The notes beneath the pieces are model-generated. The model saw only the letters and a program-made list of their open reading frames with translations. It made no database searches and was not told the DNA's origin. Positions 51,051 to 62,785 of a stretch of 64,000 bases of DNA are shown piece by piece. Position numbers and translations under genes: made by a program. Positions within the stretch are counted from its first letter, which is position 1. The number at the start of each line of letters is the position of its first letter. The stretch is taken from positions 10,044,001 through 10,108,000 of the forward strand of contig NC_047027.1 of NCBI RefSeq assembly GCF_902652985.1. Reading direction: 5' to 3'. This DNA comes from Pecten maximus. Taxonomy: Eukaryota.

Positions 51051-51211
51051 GTATGAAACTGTTAAACTTATCAGTTGTTGATATGACGTTAAGCAGTATA
51101 AACGTGTACTTATTGCTGATAAAAGTAAAATCCCAACATGATCCAGATACAGGATCAAAATCAAATTGAAAATATACTCGTTGTATATCTGCATGTTCCT
51201 TTTCACGAAAG

Positions 51212-51457
51212 GTATAATACGAAACGACAAGTGTCAGTACCGGACTGCCTGGCAGGCCTACGAGTGTCACGAACTGGACTATGAGATGCTTATAATAGAG
51301 AGTTTGGACGCGGACACGGAGACCCGGCGTCTGTCACCTGTCGCTTTATTAGGGGACGGTTATGTCGACCTCATTAATGGACCCCAGGACCACAGCAGTT
51401 GTAGTCAAGGTTTCTGCCGAAAACGTCTGTCTACGTTCATGTCCATAGTAGCTACAG
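51212..51457 (+). CDS. PKHD1L1: PKHD1L1-like exon (ESLDADTETRRLSPVA..GPQDH)
   Basis: Hallmark fibrocystin-L motif. Confidence 0.96.
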
Positions 51458-51742
51458 GTAAGTTTTTTGATTCGCCTACCCATTTTGCATTGTTAAGGAA
51501 TTATTTCATCAAGCAATAAAAAGTACTCACCTGTTTTCTGTATAACGTTAACAACGTGTTGCGCGAAGTGTTCCACCCAAGAACCAGTTCCGACATAACA
51601 AAAAAACGTGAAATATTAGCCTCGTGAAAATATTGCTACACTCTGTTTTGAATATGGTGATTAATCCGGATCGTAACTGGAGTTGTTGTTTCTTTCTTTA
51701 TATATTAAATGTGTAGTGATTATGAAAATTATTCTTTTACAG

Positions 51743-52273
51743 GAAAAAACTACTCGCTATACTTCTCGACTACAAGCCCACAGACGCTAAGGCTCTTTCT
51801 GTTGAACTCCGATGATAGCCAAAGCGTTATTATAGGTATATGGTACTCCGAGTCAAACCGCCGAGATGTGTACGTGCGGGATGATCTAGTGTTAGCAAAG
51901 AATGCAAGGATGGTGAATGGAAAGTATATAGTTGATCGGCCAACACGACTCGGGGAATTCAATCCTGAAAAAAATGACGTCACAGGGGCTAATTTCTTTG
52001 ACCGAGACACTAACATTCTGTATGTGTTAGTCAAAGGAAGCAGTCCGGTTAAAATAGTAACAAATCCTTCTTTAGTTGTGTCATTTCAAATACCTGCATT
52101 GACACCAGAGGAATTTTATGGTGAGGCATTGGTCCAAAATCTAGCCTTGTTCTTCGATGTGCCGCCGGAGAAGGTCAGAGTGGTCAACGTTGTCAGGGAG
52201 ACCGGAAGGAGGAGAAGAGACGTTGATGGGAACATCAATATCGTGATAGAAATTGCTGATCCGCCAACTACAG
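51743..52273 (+). CDS. PKHD1L1: PKHD1L1-like exon with RRRR furin site
   Basis: PQTLRLFLLN..NLALF..RRRRD..IEIADPP. Confidence 0.95.
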
Positions 52274-52384
52274 GTAATTAACGTTTTCATTGTGTTATTT
52301 TAACCTCAAAGTTTTTTTGTATCCATCAGCTGCATATAAATATAAAATCTTGTTCAATCAATGAAATTGTACTTTTTATTGAAG

Positions 52385-52677
52385 GTGGAAATGCTACTGT
52401 TAACGAAACATTGACAACAGATGCATTGCTGAACAGGTCGGCAGTGTTCATAAACACAGTTCAGGGAGGAGGAAATATAAGTAAAGCACTGAATCTCAGT
52501 ATTAGTGGCATTGCTGTGTCTGAACCTCATATTGACAATGGGTTGAATTCACCACGTGCTGACACTTCCGGTAAAATCACTGTTCCAAAGAGCATGAATA
52601 TATCCGTACATCTTGATCCGTCGTATGAAACTGCGCTCTTTCATATACAACCTTGCTTGCGCGTGTTCGATATAGAG
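52385..52677 (+). CDS. PKHD1L1: PKHD1L1-like exon (..QPCLRVFD)
   Basis: Phase 1-0; corresponds to the QPSVKATD region. Confidence 0.88.
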
Positions 52678-52964
52678 GTAAGTTATTAGTTTGTAAATTA
52701 TGTATACATCTTTCCAAATCGAAGCATAACTTGGTTCAGTTCATGACATCTGAAGTGAAATCGAAGTAGGTAATGCATGTATATTGGCATTTGAGGCAGA
52801 AGGCAGAAAAGCCCAACATAGAGTTACCGTTCTTGGTAATTGTGCAATCTGAAACGTTTTATGTTATCTATCCTATTTGTACAATTTAATAACATTGTAT
52901 ATCATGTTTGCTTCGCGTGCAAACAACTTCATTGTATATCATAATATATATGTTATCTCTCTAG

Positions 52965-53333
52965 GATGAACCAATGGAAAAACTAGGAAGTGTTGGAGAT
53001 CCTTGGCGTATCGCAGCTTACCTAATATCAGGAGCTGACCGGTCTGTCAAGTTACAAGGAACAACATCGGTTGATGTAGTCGGGGGATGGGCCAACTTCT
53101 CGGATCTCGCGTTATCACATTACGGAGAAGACTTCACCATTCATTTTAATAAGACTTACCCTGATAATGCAATCGATTTGAGAGTTCTGTCTGATAGTTT
53201 CACTATAAAGAGAATCAGTATCGGACTAAACATCATATCAACCAATATTACGCTTGTAAACAATGCAACAACATCGAGGATCGAACTGCTTGACAACACC
53301 ACACAAAATCGAATCAGCAATATTACGTGGAGG
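52965..53333 (+). CDS. PKHD1L1: PKHD1L1-like exon (LQGTTSV..GWANFSDL)
   Basis: Resembles LSGNTTI..WANYTDL. Confidence 0.9.
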
Positions 53334-53587
53334 GTAAGTAATTGTTAACATTAAAATGGTGATATATCTAACTAGTTTTTAAGCATACGCAATGTCTGGT
53401 AATCAACACACTTTAGGTTTATTTGAAAGCTATACTGTAATTATCAACTATTGTAAATGTCTGTATTGAAAGCAATGGTTTATGCAAGAATATAGTAATC
53501 TTTGGACACTGCGGATTTGTGATAGTATCCGCTAAGTGTGTTGATTAAAACTGATGTTGAATACAGAATTATTTTGATAAATTGTAG

Positions 53588-53987
53588 GGTCATACGTGGA
53601 CTGTAATGGTTGACCTCGATAATAGCGCGGACAACAGCGGAAATATGACCGGGTCTAAGCAAGCGACATTCAATCAATCAACTGGAGACGCCATCTTTAA
53701 TGACCTGGTGTTCGACCAGATTGGTGTTTATATCCTGAAATTCCATGTAAAGTCCTCACCAGAGGAGTATGACCTGTATGGAGAGTTTCGGGTCCAAGTA
53801 CTAAGTGAGGTCCAAGTACATCTACATAACAGCAATAATGCTACCTCGACAAATATATCTCTGACTTTTAATGAAAGTTATGCAGATGTTGTTGGAAAAA
53901 GAGACGAACACTTCGGAGCCATGGTCGTCAACAGACTCGCCAGAAAATATAACGATGTATATTTTGATCGAATAACAGTGATACCAG
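53588..53987 (+). CDS. PKHD1L1: Exon: second Ig-like module plus N-terminal half of SEA-like domain
   Basis: Open 400 nt, phase 0-1; G.A.F.DL..Y.L.F pattern, then ISLTFNESY...ITVIPG. Confidence 0.85.
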
Positions 53988-54449
53988 GTATATGAACTTC
54001 ATTTGAAATGTTAACTAATGTAACAGTATTGTGTGAATGATACAACTGCATTATCTTCTCTTCCATGTTTTTCTTCATATAAACAGTGTATGGTAATCAA
54101 CCTGCGTGATTTGTCAGACGAATACTTTTAGGATTACGTTTTTTTTTTGTCTTTTTCAAACGCGTTCTTTGACAATGTCTTACTCTAGTCAATATGATTG
54201 AATGGTCTTTTCCTGTGTAAAAGGCCGAGTACAGCCAAGTCGAAGAAGTAAACCATTGTCCATTGATAATTCATATGAATGTCGCGTGAATAATATATAA
54301 ACGTTATATCATTGTCATATGTACATCACTGTTGATATGTTATAAGAATACATATGAACTGTGCTAAATTTATTTATTATGGTTATATCAAAAAATAAAA
54401 TACACAGCAAAGAATAAATTTATATCATGTTTACCAAGTTAACTATACA

Positions 54450-55066
54450 CCATTCTACCATGTTTGCTTTGCAACGCCAGTTTTGATTGGTTTAAAACCA
54501 TGTATTATTTTCCAATAATACACGCTCGTGCCAATAATACACGCTCGTGAGTCACGGCTGTTACAACTTTATATATCTAATATTCACTTATTTCTTGTAA
54601 AGTTACAATAGCCGAGTGGGTTAGTCTTCCATTAAATTTTTATCACGACGCAAGTTCGAATCCTACGGAGGCCCCCTTTTTTTCTTTTTTTTTCTTTATC
54701 CCTTTTTTTTAAATTTTCATAATCAATGCCATATTATAAATGCTCTTGATCGTAGTACTGTAGTGCCTGTAAAGAAATGTATATTTCATCAACAAATAAT
54801 GCAATACTCAAGAAATAAATTACAAGGTTTTCCCGGGGTTTCTTTGCTGTTTTTCTATTAGAAAGAGGTCGATCTCAGAAACAAACAGTACATGGTAGAA
54901 TAGAAATAATCAACTTTGACTCGTGTATTGTTGCAGGATATACAACGAGGACGAGGATATTTTGCAATTAAATTAATAACGAAGGCTGTTAATTTAATTG
55001 CAAAATATCCTCGTCCTCGTTGTATATCCTGCAACAATACACGAGTCATCGTTAATTATTTCTTAA
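54450..55066 (-). mobile_element. Long-hairpin non-autonomous element (Crypton-like architecture) with internal tRNA-like segment
   Basis: Near-perfect palindrome 54904-55062 with CGAAGGC loop; ATTCTACCATG (54453) paired with CATGGTAGAAT (54891) as a second inverted pair. Confidence 0.7.
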
Positions 55067-55188
55067 GTACAATATAAATAGTGAGGAAAACTAATCCATA
55101 GAGCGTTATTTTGTTATATATCATATTAATCTTATTCGTTTCATTTACATATCTAAAAGTAACAATCATCCAATATGGCTTTTTACAG

Positions 55189-55341
55189 GAAGTATCGTGG
55201 TATTGGTAGAGATCACTCAATATTCTGAGGATACAAATACAACTCTACAGGTTATGGCTATTTTCCTGGAAAGTCAAATCTTCATCTTTAATAGGGTTAT
55301 ACTGAAACCACCAACGCTAAGGGGTAATAGCCAGAAACTTC
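55189..55341 (+). CDS. PKHD1L1: Exon: C-terminal half of SEA-like domain (GSIVVLVEI..)
   Basis: tttacag|GA AGT ATC GTG GTA..C|gtaagt, phase 1-1. Confidence 0.8.
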
Positions 55342-55620
55342 GTAAGTATCAGCACACCTATTAGATAGTTATACATTTCCACATTTCACACTTTAATATT
55401 ACCTCTTTTTTATTCAAAATACCGTATTATGTTTGTAATTCGATAAAAAATCAACAAGAAAGCATATGTTAACATATCACCATGCCTCCTCCATGCGTTG
55501 TGTTTATTACATTTGTGTTTGTTACAATTGATATTGACATTGATGATACGCGTATATGATATACATTGTAATGAATACTACGATACTAGCATTGACACTT
55601 TTATGTATATGTTATACTAG

Positions 55621-55657
55621 AATCTAAAGACAACTTCATCTACGCCAAACACTAAAG
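55621..55657 (+). CDS. Candidate 37-nt cassette exon (frame ambiguous)
   Basis: actag|...AAG|gtaagc; in-frame TAA if joined after 55341, T/S-rich NLKTTSSTPNTK in another frame. Confidence 0.45.
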
Positions 55658-57554
55658 GTAAGCTCATTCTTTCACCCTTTAAATACCCTCACTCTACATA
55701 GATAAGCGGCAGGTAAATTGCATATCTATGTTAAAAAGGTATCTGAACCAGTAAACGTCGAGGGAAAGTAATCAAAAATGAAAGTTTTTGTTTTTTGTAT
55801 ATATCCCTACTTGAAAATTATTCAACAAGATATCTAATGCATCTAATGCTGTAAATAAACCTTTTCCTAAAATACATCACGATAGACCGGGAATACCAAG
55901 CGAGACTGAAAACATCGGATTTTATCCGAAGAATGTGATATAGGCCATATCATGAGTTTGATAAAAAAGAAATTAAATCCTGGGATCACCACAAATTACT
56001 CTCGATTTCTGTAAATTAAACGCAAACATTTCATTTCCGAAGCTAAAATTACATAAACGGATACTCATAATGATTATACGTAGCAAAAGATGGACATTAC
56101 AATTGATACAAATTAAACAATTGTAAATGGTAGTTTTATAATTTACTTTACATATTGTTATACATATACTTTCTACCACTTCATTTAAAATGGAAACAAT
56201 TCAATAACATATTAATTTATAGATTTATTATACATCTATCGGATATATCCCATTTTATAATATATACATAACGCACAATCCAGACACTCACACCACGGGT
56301 TAAGATGGGAGCTTAGGCAAGTTTTAATTAGGACATAGTGACCACCGGACAGAGGAGCTAAAACAGTTACAAGAGACTAATAAAACAACTGGACCTACAT
56401 TTACTTTGATTATATAATATAAAGATATAAAGTTACTTTTATATTCAAATAGGTTTCATAACAAACGGACATTTAATAATGTATGCTATGTTACTGAATT
56501 AATAGAATATTAAGAGTTTTATATTTATATTTTTTATTTCTATATTTTTTTTTATTTTACTAGTTTCAATATATTTATTTAAACAAATTCTCAATAAATG
56601 TGCATACATACAACATGTACTTTAAATTACAACTAGCAAGAAATAGTTTTACTTGCCAGCTACTATTAATGGTGAAATAATACCATAGGAAACAAGGTGT
56701 CCTCTCTCTTCTATAGTAGAATATGAAGTGCAAAGAAAGCAAGAAAAGATAGTGTCTTAGGAAGAAATTAACATGTTAGAGATTCCTCTAACCGTAGGTC
56801 TCTGTCCGTGTCACATGTCATCACATGAATAATTAAAAATAGAATGCACTTGTATACATGAGTCACTACACATCATTTAGGGTAGCACAGGCCGATGTGT
56901 CATGAATCATACTTACATAGCATACAATATGGCTCGCACAAGTACTACACTATTTAGTTTACAATTCAAATATATATATATCCCTTTCACACAAATTGGT
57001 TAGCAACACTTAACAAATAGGCACATAACAGCTATCAATATAATCTAGAAGATGAACACCTATACACAACAAATAAATGGTTGGGTTACGAAAATCTTTA
57101 CATTCACAATATTTCCCAACCTGAAGAAAATGTAAAAAAAAAAAAAAAAAAAAAATATTATCTTAATACGAACACGTGATATACATACTGTGATCGGTTT
57201 AGGCTCGAACACGGCACTTTTTACTATACAGTTTTCACAAAAAAAGTATATTTCTCATGTTGGTATATCCTGATCTGAAGAAGATTGTTTCTGAATGCAA
57301 GTCACGATCATAACGTTCCTATTTTAAGCAAATAATTTCAACTGAATGTTACCTAACTGTATTTAAGTGGAATTTTACAATATAGACTGGTAAACGCCAG
57401 CTCTCTCTAGTGGGAAAACCACGGATTGTAAAATGTACAACCTCCCTAAACCCCTTTTATTTGTAGCTTTTGATTCTAGCCTATTTCTATCAGGTTTGGT
57501 GAAAAACAATAATTACAATAAGTACATAGGCATTATAAACCACTTCGTGGATTT

Positions 57555-57950
57555 GTTTGGTTTGGTTTAATATTGTTTAATCTCATAGTAATAGCTTAGG
57601 TCATGTAAGGATGGTCTCCTCTGTATGCAAGATGCTTGCGTGAGGTGTATGGGTGTGCATTTAAGAAAGTTGTAGTATGTTTGTTTTTGTCTCCATGTGC
57701 TTCTGCGGGACTGATGGCGACTTTATCGTGCTACCTTGCTGAAGCATGCTGTCAAGGACGACCGCCAGGACACCCTACCTCGTCACATTATACTGACAAC
57801 GGGCGAACCATTCGGCCCTTGTTCATAAGGTTGAGAGCAAATACCGATTTTATAGACATATCTCGACCAGGGAACAAAACCCCAAACCTTCCTCACAGGG
57901 GCCAACGATCAACAAAAATGGCAAAAGTTAGGCAATGTCAACGGAAATTA
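57555..57950 (-). mobile_element. Near full-length SINE copy
   Basis: Reverse complement shows head, core TTGTCAGTATAATGTGACGAGG and tail CCTTACATGACCTAAGC..(AAACC)n. Confidence 0.7.
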
Positions 57951-58776
57951 ACTGATTGTACTGATTGTAATGGGGGACCACTACAGATGTCCCCCAAACA
58001 CCCCCAGTCATACCAATGTGTTCGGTATCACTCAAACCTATCTTTACCAGTTTTCACTTAAATCTGAAAATTTCCTTATTACGACTAATCAGAGGCCTCC
58101 ATTTCGTTACCGTGGAAACCAAACTTCCCGAAAATGCTACCACGTTATTTGGCATCCCTAAAAGCCGCGATGTACCATATTTTACCGAAATTGGAGACTT
58201 AAATCCAAAGTCGGAAATTTACTTCGTTTAGGGAACATGAAAATAACCCTTTCAAAATATATGTCACAGTGCCACAATTATATAGTCCGACAGTCGATTG
58301 ACGCACGACGACTGGCAAAAACTACACTCTGTATATAACGTGAAAGAAAAACTTTCCTTGATTGATATTATCAGAAACAGAATGGATCAATTGCTGTTTG
58401 CATGTTTAAAAATTACACATTTCCTGACTTTATTCGGGTAAATGAATACATAACATTTTTTTACGATTTCTGTCATAAGTATCAGTGCGGTTGGAATAAA
58501 CGTTAGTGTGCAACGCTGCACCAATATTCTATTGCGAAGAAATATATAACTTTTAGTAAAAATAAAAAATAAAAAATACAATATAAATAAATCATGACAA
58601 TAGAATAGACGAAAACATAATACATGTACAGAGCACATCTGACATCGTATGACTATAGTAGGAACTACCTTTAACACACTGACAGGACACCCAATCAGTA
58701 TATAACAGAGACAACACACACGAACGAGACAAAGAAAATAGCCGCACTCCGATCTATAGAGTAACGTATGCAAGGG

Positions 58777-60298
58777 TACGATGGCCGACAAGAGCCTGGC
58801 AAAATGAAATGAAAAAACTGTAACACTTTTTTCAATGGTACAGTTTTTTCATATCTTTTTGTACCATAGAAAAGTGTACCATGGTACAAAAAGATGTGAA
58901 AATTCAAATCATTTTGTACTTTATGTGTTACAGAAAGATTATAAACTACTTAGGAAAAAACACAGCTTACATTCACATGTTTATGTACCAATAGCCGGTA
59001 TCAGCCGGCAAATGATGTGAAAGGTTTTGTACCGCGTTACACTTTTTTTATTTTTTTTTGTACCATTTTTTGGTACAAAAAGATATGAAAAAAGTGTACC
59101 AAGAAAAAAAAGTTACAGTTTTTTTCATATTTTTTTGTACCATCCGTGGTACAAAAGATGTGAAAAAACTGTACCATCAGAACATCGGAATGTCGTTATC
59201 CAACACCATGATCAGGGCTGACCCCGAATAGCAAAGGTTTGATAACACCGTCACAACAAGCCGCAAAGTTTATTAATCACTTCTGAGGACACAAATCGAG
59301 TCGAAACTTTGGTGTAAGTATTGGGGTGTACCTTAGGGGCTAAAAATTATTGAATTAAACCTGTATAATGTCGTCATTTCTATTTTAGATATAAACAATT
59401 GAACGATTGAAAAAACATTACAGCATTTCTCTAATAGTCTTACAAAATATATATATTCCTCGATGTCTTCAGTAAAACCAACTATATTTTACGAGTGGGG
59501 CTAATATTTCGATATTTGCGCATTCGTGAAAAATATCAAAATATTAGTCACATGTGTGTGAAACACATTTGGTATTATTGAAGATGCTATTAGATATGCT
59601 GTTTATTACATTTTCATAACAAAATATACCGGATCATCTTTTAACTTTTTCCATTGTCGTTTGTATGCAGGGTTTTGATTAAATATCACTTTTATAGAAT
59701 GATTACTTTTCGATGTTTCACTGCTAAAAGCGTAATAACGAAACCCATCGGTGTCTTTTACTCGAGAAGTTTTTATTACGTAATAAAATTGATGGTCCCA
59801 TTTCCCCAAAACGGACCCCATCGGTGTCTTTAGTTTCTTTTACTCGAGAAGTTGAGGCAGATTGGATACATTGACAATGTAAGTACAAATAATTCGTCAC
59901 TGGAAAAATTATTAAAGACGTTTTTAAAATGAAAAGTAAGTTAAAAAAGACAACTGATCATTTTGCAAGCCCAACATCAATATACATGACGATTGGATCA
60001 TCCAGTAGCCAGACATTCCGGATACTAATTGGCAGGCTATGTGATGACAGCTTTATCTGGGAGTCATTTGTCAAACTCAGTAACCCTTATGTCTGGCCGT
60101 TTCATATGTTTCTGTACCATGGCTGTTTTCGGCCGCTTTTTGGTACAAAAAGATAAAAAAGCAACTGACTCATTTCAACTCCGCTTTCACATCTTTCTGT
60201 ACCATACAATAGTACAAAAAGATGTGAAAAAAATGTACCATGAAAAAAAGTGTTACAGTTTTTCAATTTATTTTGCCAGGCTCTTGTCGGCCATCGTA
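58777..60298. mobile_element. Non-autonomous DNA transposon with TAC...GTA termini and 6-bp TSD (IS3EU-like)
   Basis: TIR TACGATGGCCGACAAGAGCCTGGCAAAAT; CAAGGG duplicated at 58771-58776 and 60299-60304; many GGTACAAAAAGAT subterminal repeats. Confidence 0.85.
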
Positions 60299-62072
60299 CA
60301 AGGGGGAATACGCGTTTTATCAACAAATTACCAAATGCGACTGAAATGTTCCTAGTGAAAGTTAAAATATAAACCTTCCAATAGATATAAATAGTTAGCT
60401 AGTTTTGCATCGTAACCAGTAATATTCACACATTAATTTAAATTTGTCCACACTAAACTGTCTGACAGAAAAGAAAAAAAAAACATAAAAACAAACAAAA
60501 AACCCAACCAAACGACAAGACAGTAGGTTACATATTAAAACAACTAATAAATATTATTATTGTCGCGCCTTTATATGAAATTGTGTTGTGTTTGATACAC
60601 CATACAATAATACAAAGTAATTGTTTATTTGTCCAAACATACATATTACATCATTTGTCATATTTGAGACCCGAATGTACAGAGCTCGACTTCTTCTACC
60701 AACGATATCCATATTTCGTGAATATTTTTTATTACATTTTGATTTTCCTGAACTATACGAATAAGCTAAGGTTGAACTATGCACGGCTAACATGACTATT
60801 GCACGGCCACGTTCGAACTCTTGAGCACTCGTGACGTTTCGGAATTTAGTCCTACCCTTTCAAGCGTCTAGGTTACTCAGATGTGAACACTGTCAGATTC
60901 TGTTATGGCGACTTATAGTCCTACAGGAAAGTCAAGATTTTAGTGACTCTAAGCGTATGTACTAGCCTTCGGCCTCGTGCAATAGAACATCGTCGATCAA
61001 GCTAGGATTGCACATACATCCGTGATATATTTGGTTAATATAAAGCTGCGGGGAAAAGGTGCGAGTTAAAAAAATGTAAACATAATGTTTTGGTCGTGAT
61101 AACAGCATTACGCTAAATTCGGTTGTGCGAATTTCATATTTTTATATGTTTATATGTTTTCTTCGGAGCGCCGATTCACTTTATTACTAATGTTAAATGT
61201 ATGTTACCATAAAAAAATCCTTAAAATAGGTAACAGTATATTATTAATTATGGGTAATTGCTTTAATAATTATGAACACAATTCGACAAAAAGTGTATGA
61301 TTTTATTTATTTACAGGGTTTAGAATATTTTAATCATAGTCTAATACATGTATATCTCTTAATGTATGTCTCCCATGTAGTAAAATGCTTCTATTTCACA
61401 ACTGGTGCATTTCGATAGAAATGTTGTACATGAATTACTTAAAATGAATATGTATAAACTACTTGAAGGGACAATGGAAAACGAATTGATCCGCCTTTCT
61501 TAACAACTCTTTCTGCGCTCTTTTTGCTTGTTGAGATGCCCCGTTGACGCACATTTCTATATTAATTTCAATTTTAGCAAGTAAGTTAAAACTTGATAAA
61601 AAGTATCAAATGAGTTTCGTCTTGAAAAGGTAAGCATGGTACCACATTGATGATTCTTCTTTCTGCACCAGGTAAGTGAATGATGATTATGAAATACAAT
61701 GTGTATTGCATGAAACATGCAAGCTTGTTAGTAGCTTATTCTTGCTTTGTAATCCATGTTCCGATTTATGACATACATGGATAAAGGTTCAACAGTACTA
61801 GCTTTAATGGGAAAATGTTATATAAACATGTTGATACATTTTCAAATCGATTATATCAAACAAGCTTTACAGATTTTGCCTCGCAATCATTAGCCCTCGT
61901 TTTCGCTATCTCATCAGACAAATAAGACGTTTTTTAACAGAAATCAGATGTAGGGTTCAAATAGAGGACCATTTCGACAAAAATACTCAATTGAGGGTTA
62001 CGATCATGCAAACATGCATTAGGTTCAATTTTTGCTGTACTTGAATTTGTCTTGCATGATTTCTCTTAATAG

Positions 62073-62291
62073 TGAGCTCGACAGAACAACTCACAACAAC
62101 ATCCAGCAAACAAACAAGTGCTAATGAGAGCTATACAGGAACCGAAACAACGCCTTCGCCTTCCGCAAACAGCCAACTCTCCTTTTCCATGATCATTGCC
62201 ATAGTTATTACTCCAGTGGCCGTTATGTTCGGAGTCATATTCATTGTTATTATCTGCAAATGCAAGAGAATACGGCAAGACGAAAGATCAG
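62073..62291 (+). CDS. PKHD1L1: Exon: S/T-rich stalk, transmembrane helix and CKCKR juxtamembrane segment
   Basis: MIIAIVITPVAVMFGVIFIVII hydrophobic stretch followed by a basic stop-transfer signal; phase 1-1, compatible with the donor at 55341. Confidence 0.75.
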
Positions 62292-62453
62292 GTAAGTTGA
62301 TCTTTCCCTGGAAAATATGTATGTAACGACATAAATATACTCACGGATAATTGAAGGGATGGGGAATGCTCATGTTTAAAATCAAGATATGTAGTTGTGG
62401 AAAAATAAATTAGCCTACCAACAATGCCATTATAACGTTTTATATTTCCTCAG

Positions 62454-62785
62454 AATACCTGACGAAAACTTCGACAGTAAGTTCTGATGACTTTACCAGG
62501 AGTAAGGGCGAAAATATCCGAAACGAGTATGCTTTCCAGTCTGCTGTTGGGATGACTTTTAAGCCACACCACATTCCGCGTATACAAACCAACACAGAAA
62601 ACAGGTCATTTACTCCATCGTTTGAGATTGAACATCAACTACCATCGTCGGCAATGGGAAGTTTTCGGTCGTCTCGGGCCGACAATTGGAGAAGGCCGTT
62701 TACGGAATATGTCGATGACAAAACATCTTCATTCAGTGACGAAATGCTCTCGTCATTACAATATTATACTGGAAAAAGAAATTAA
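62454..62785 (+). CDS. PKHD1L1: Terminal coding exon: cytoplasmic tail
   Basis: tcctcag|AA TAC..., open frame continuing into ORF 62552-62785, TAA at 62783; AT-rich 3'UTR with AATAAA (e.g. 63371) follows. Confidence 0.75.

Larger units (their letters stand above)
1..62785 (+). other. PKHD1L1: Fibrocystin-L (PKHD1L1)-like gene span, 5'-partial, ~54 coding exons
   Basis: Exons translate colinearly to hallmark fibrocystin-L motifs (GQAFRLGRHPINFH, INPSDCVDMDCD, ESLDADTETRRLSPVA, GDYRIPREMLT, AEVGLLTRNI). All introns are GT-AG with compatible phases except one frameshift. Confidence 0.95.

Noticed and set aside
54605-54675. Possible tRNA gene
   Set aside because: A and B boxes are present but acceptor and anticodon stems cannot be formed; kept only as a Pol III-like cassette.
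57134-57155. A22 run as a poly(A) tail or retrocopy end
   Set aside because: No adjacent recognisable ORF or TSD; a simple genomic homopolymer.
57636-58061. 141-aa ORF
   Set aside because: Overlaps an antisense SINE and decayed repeats; no splice or protein support.
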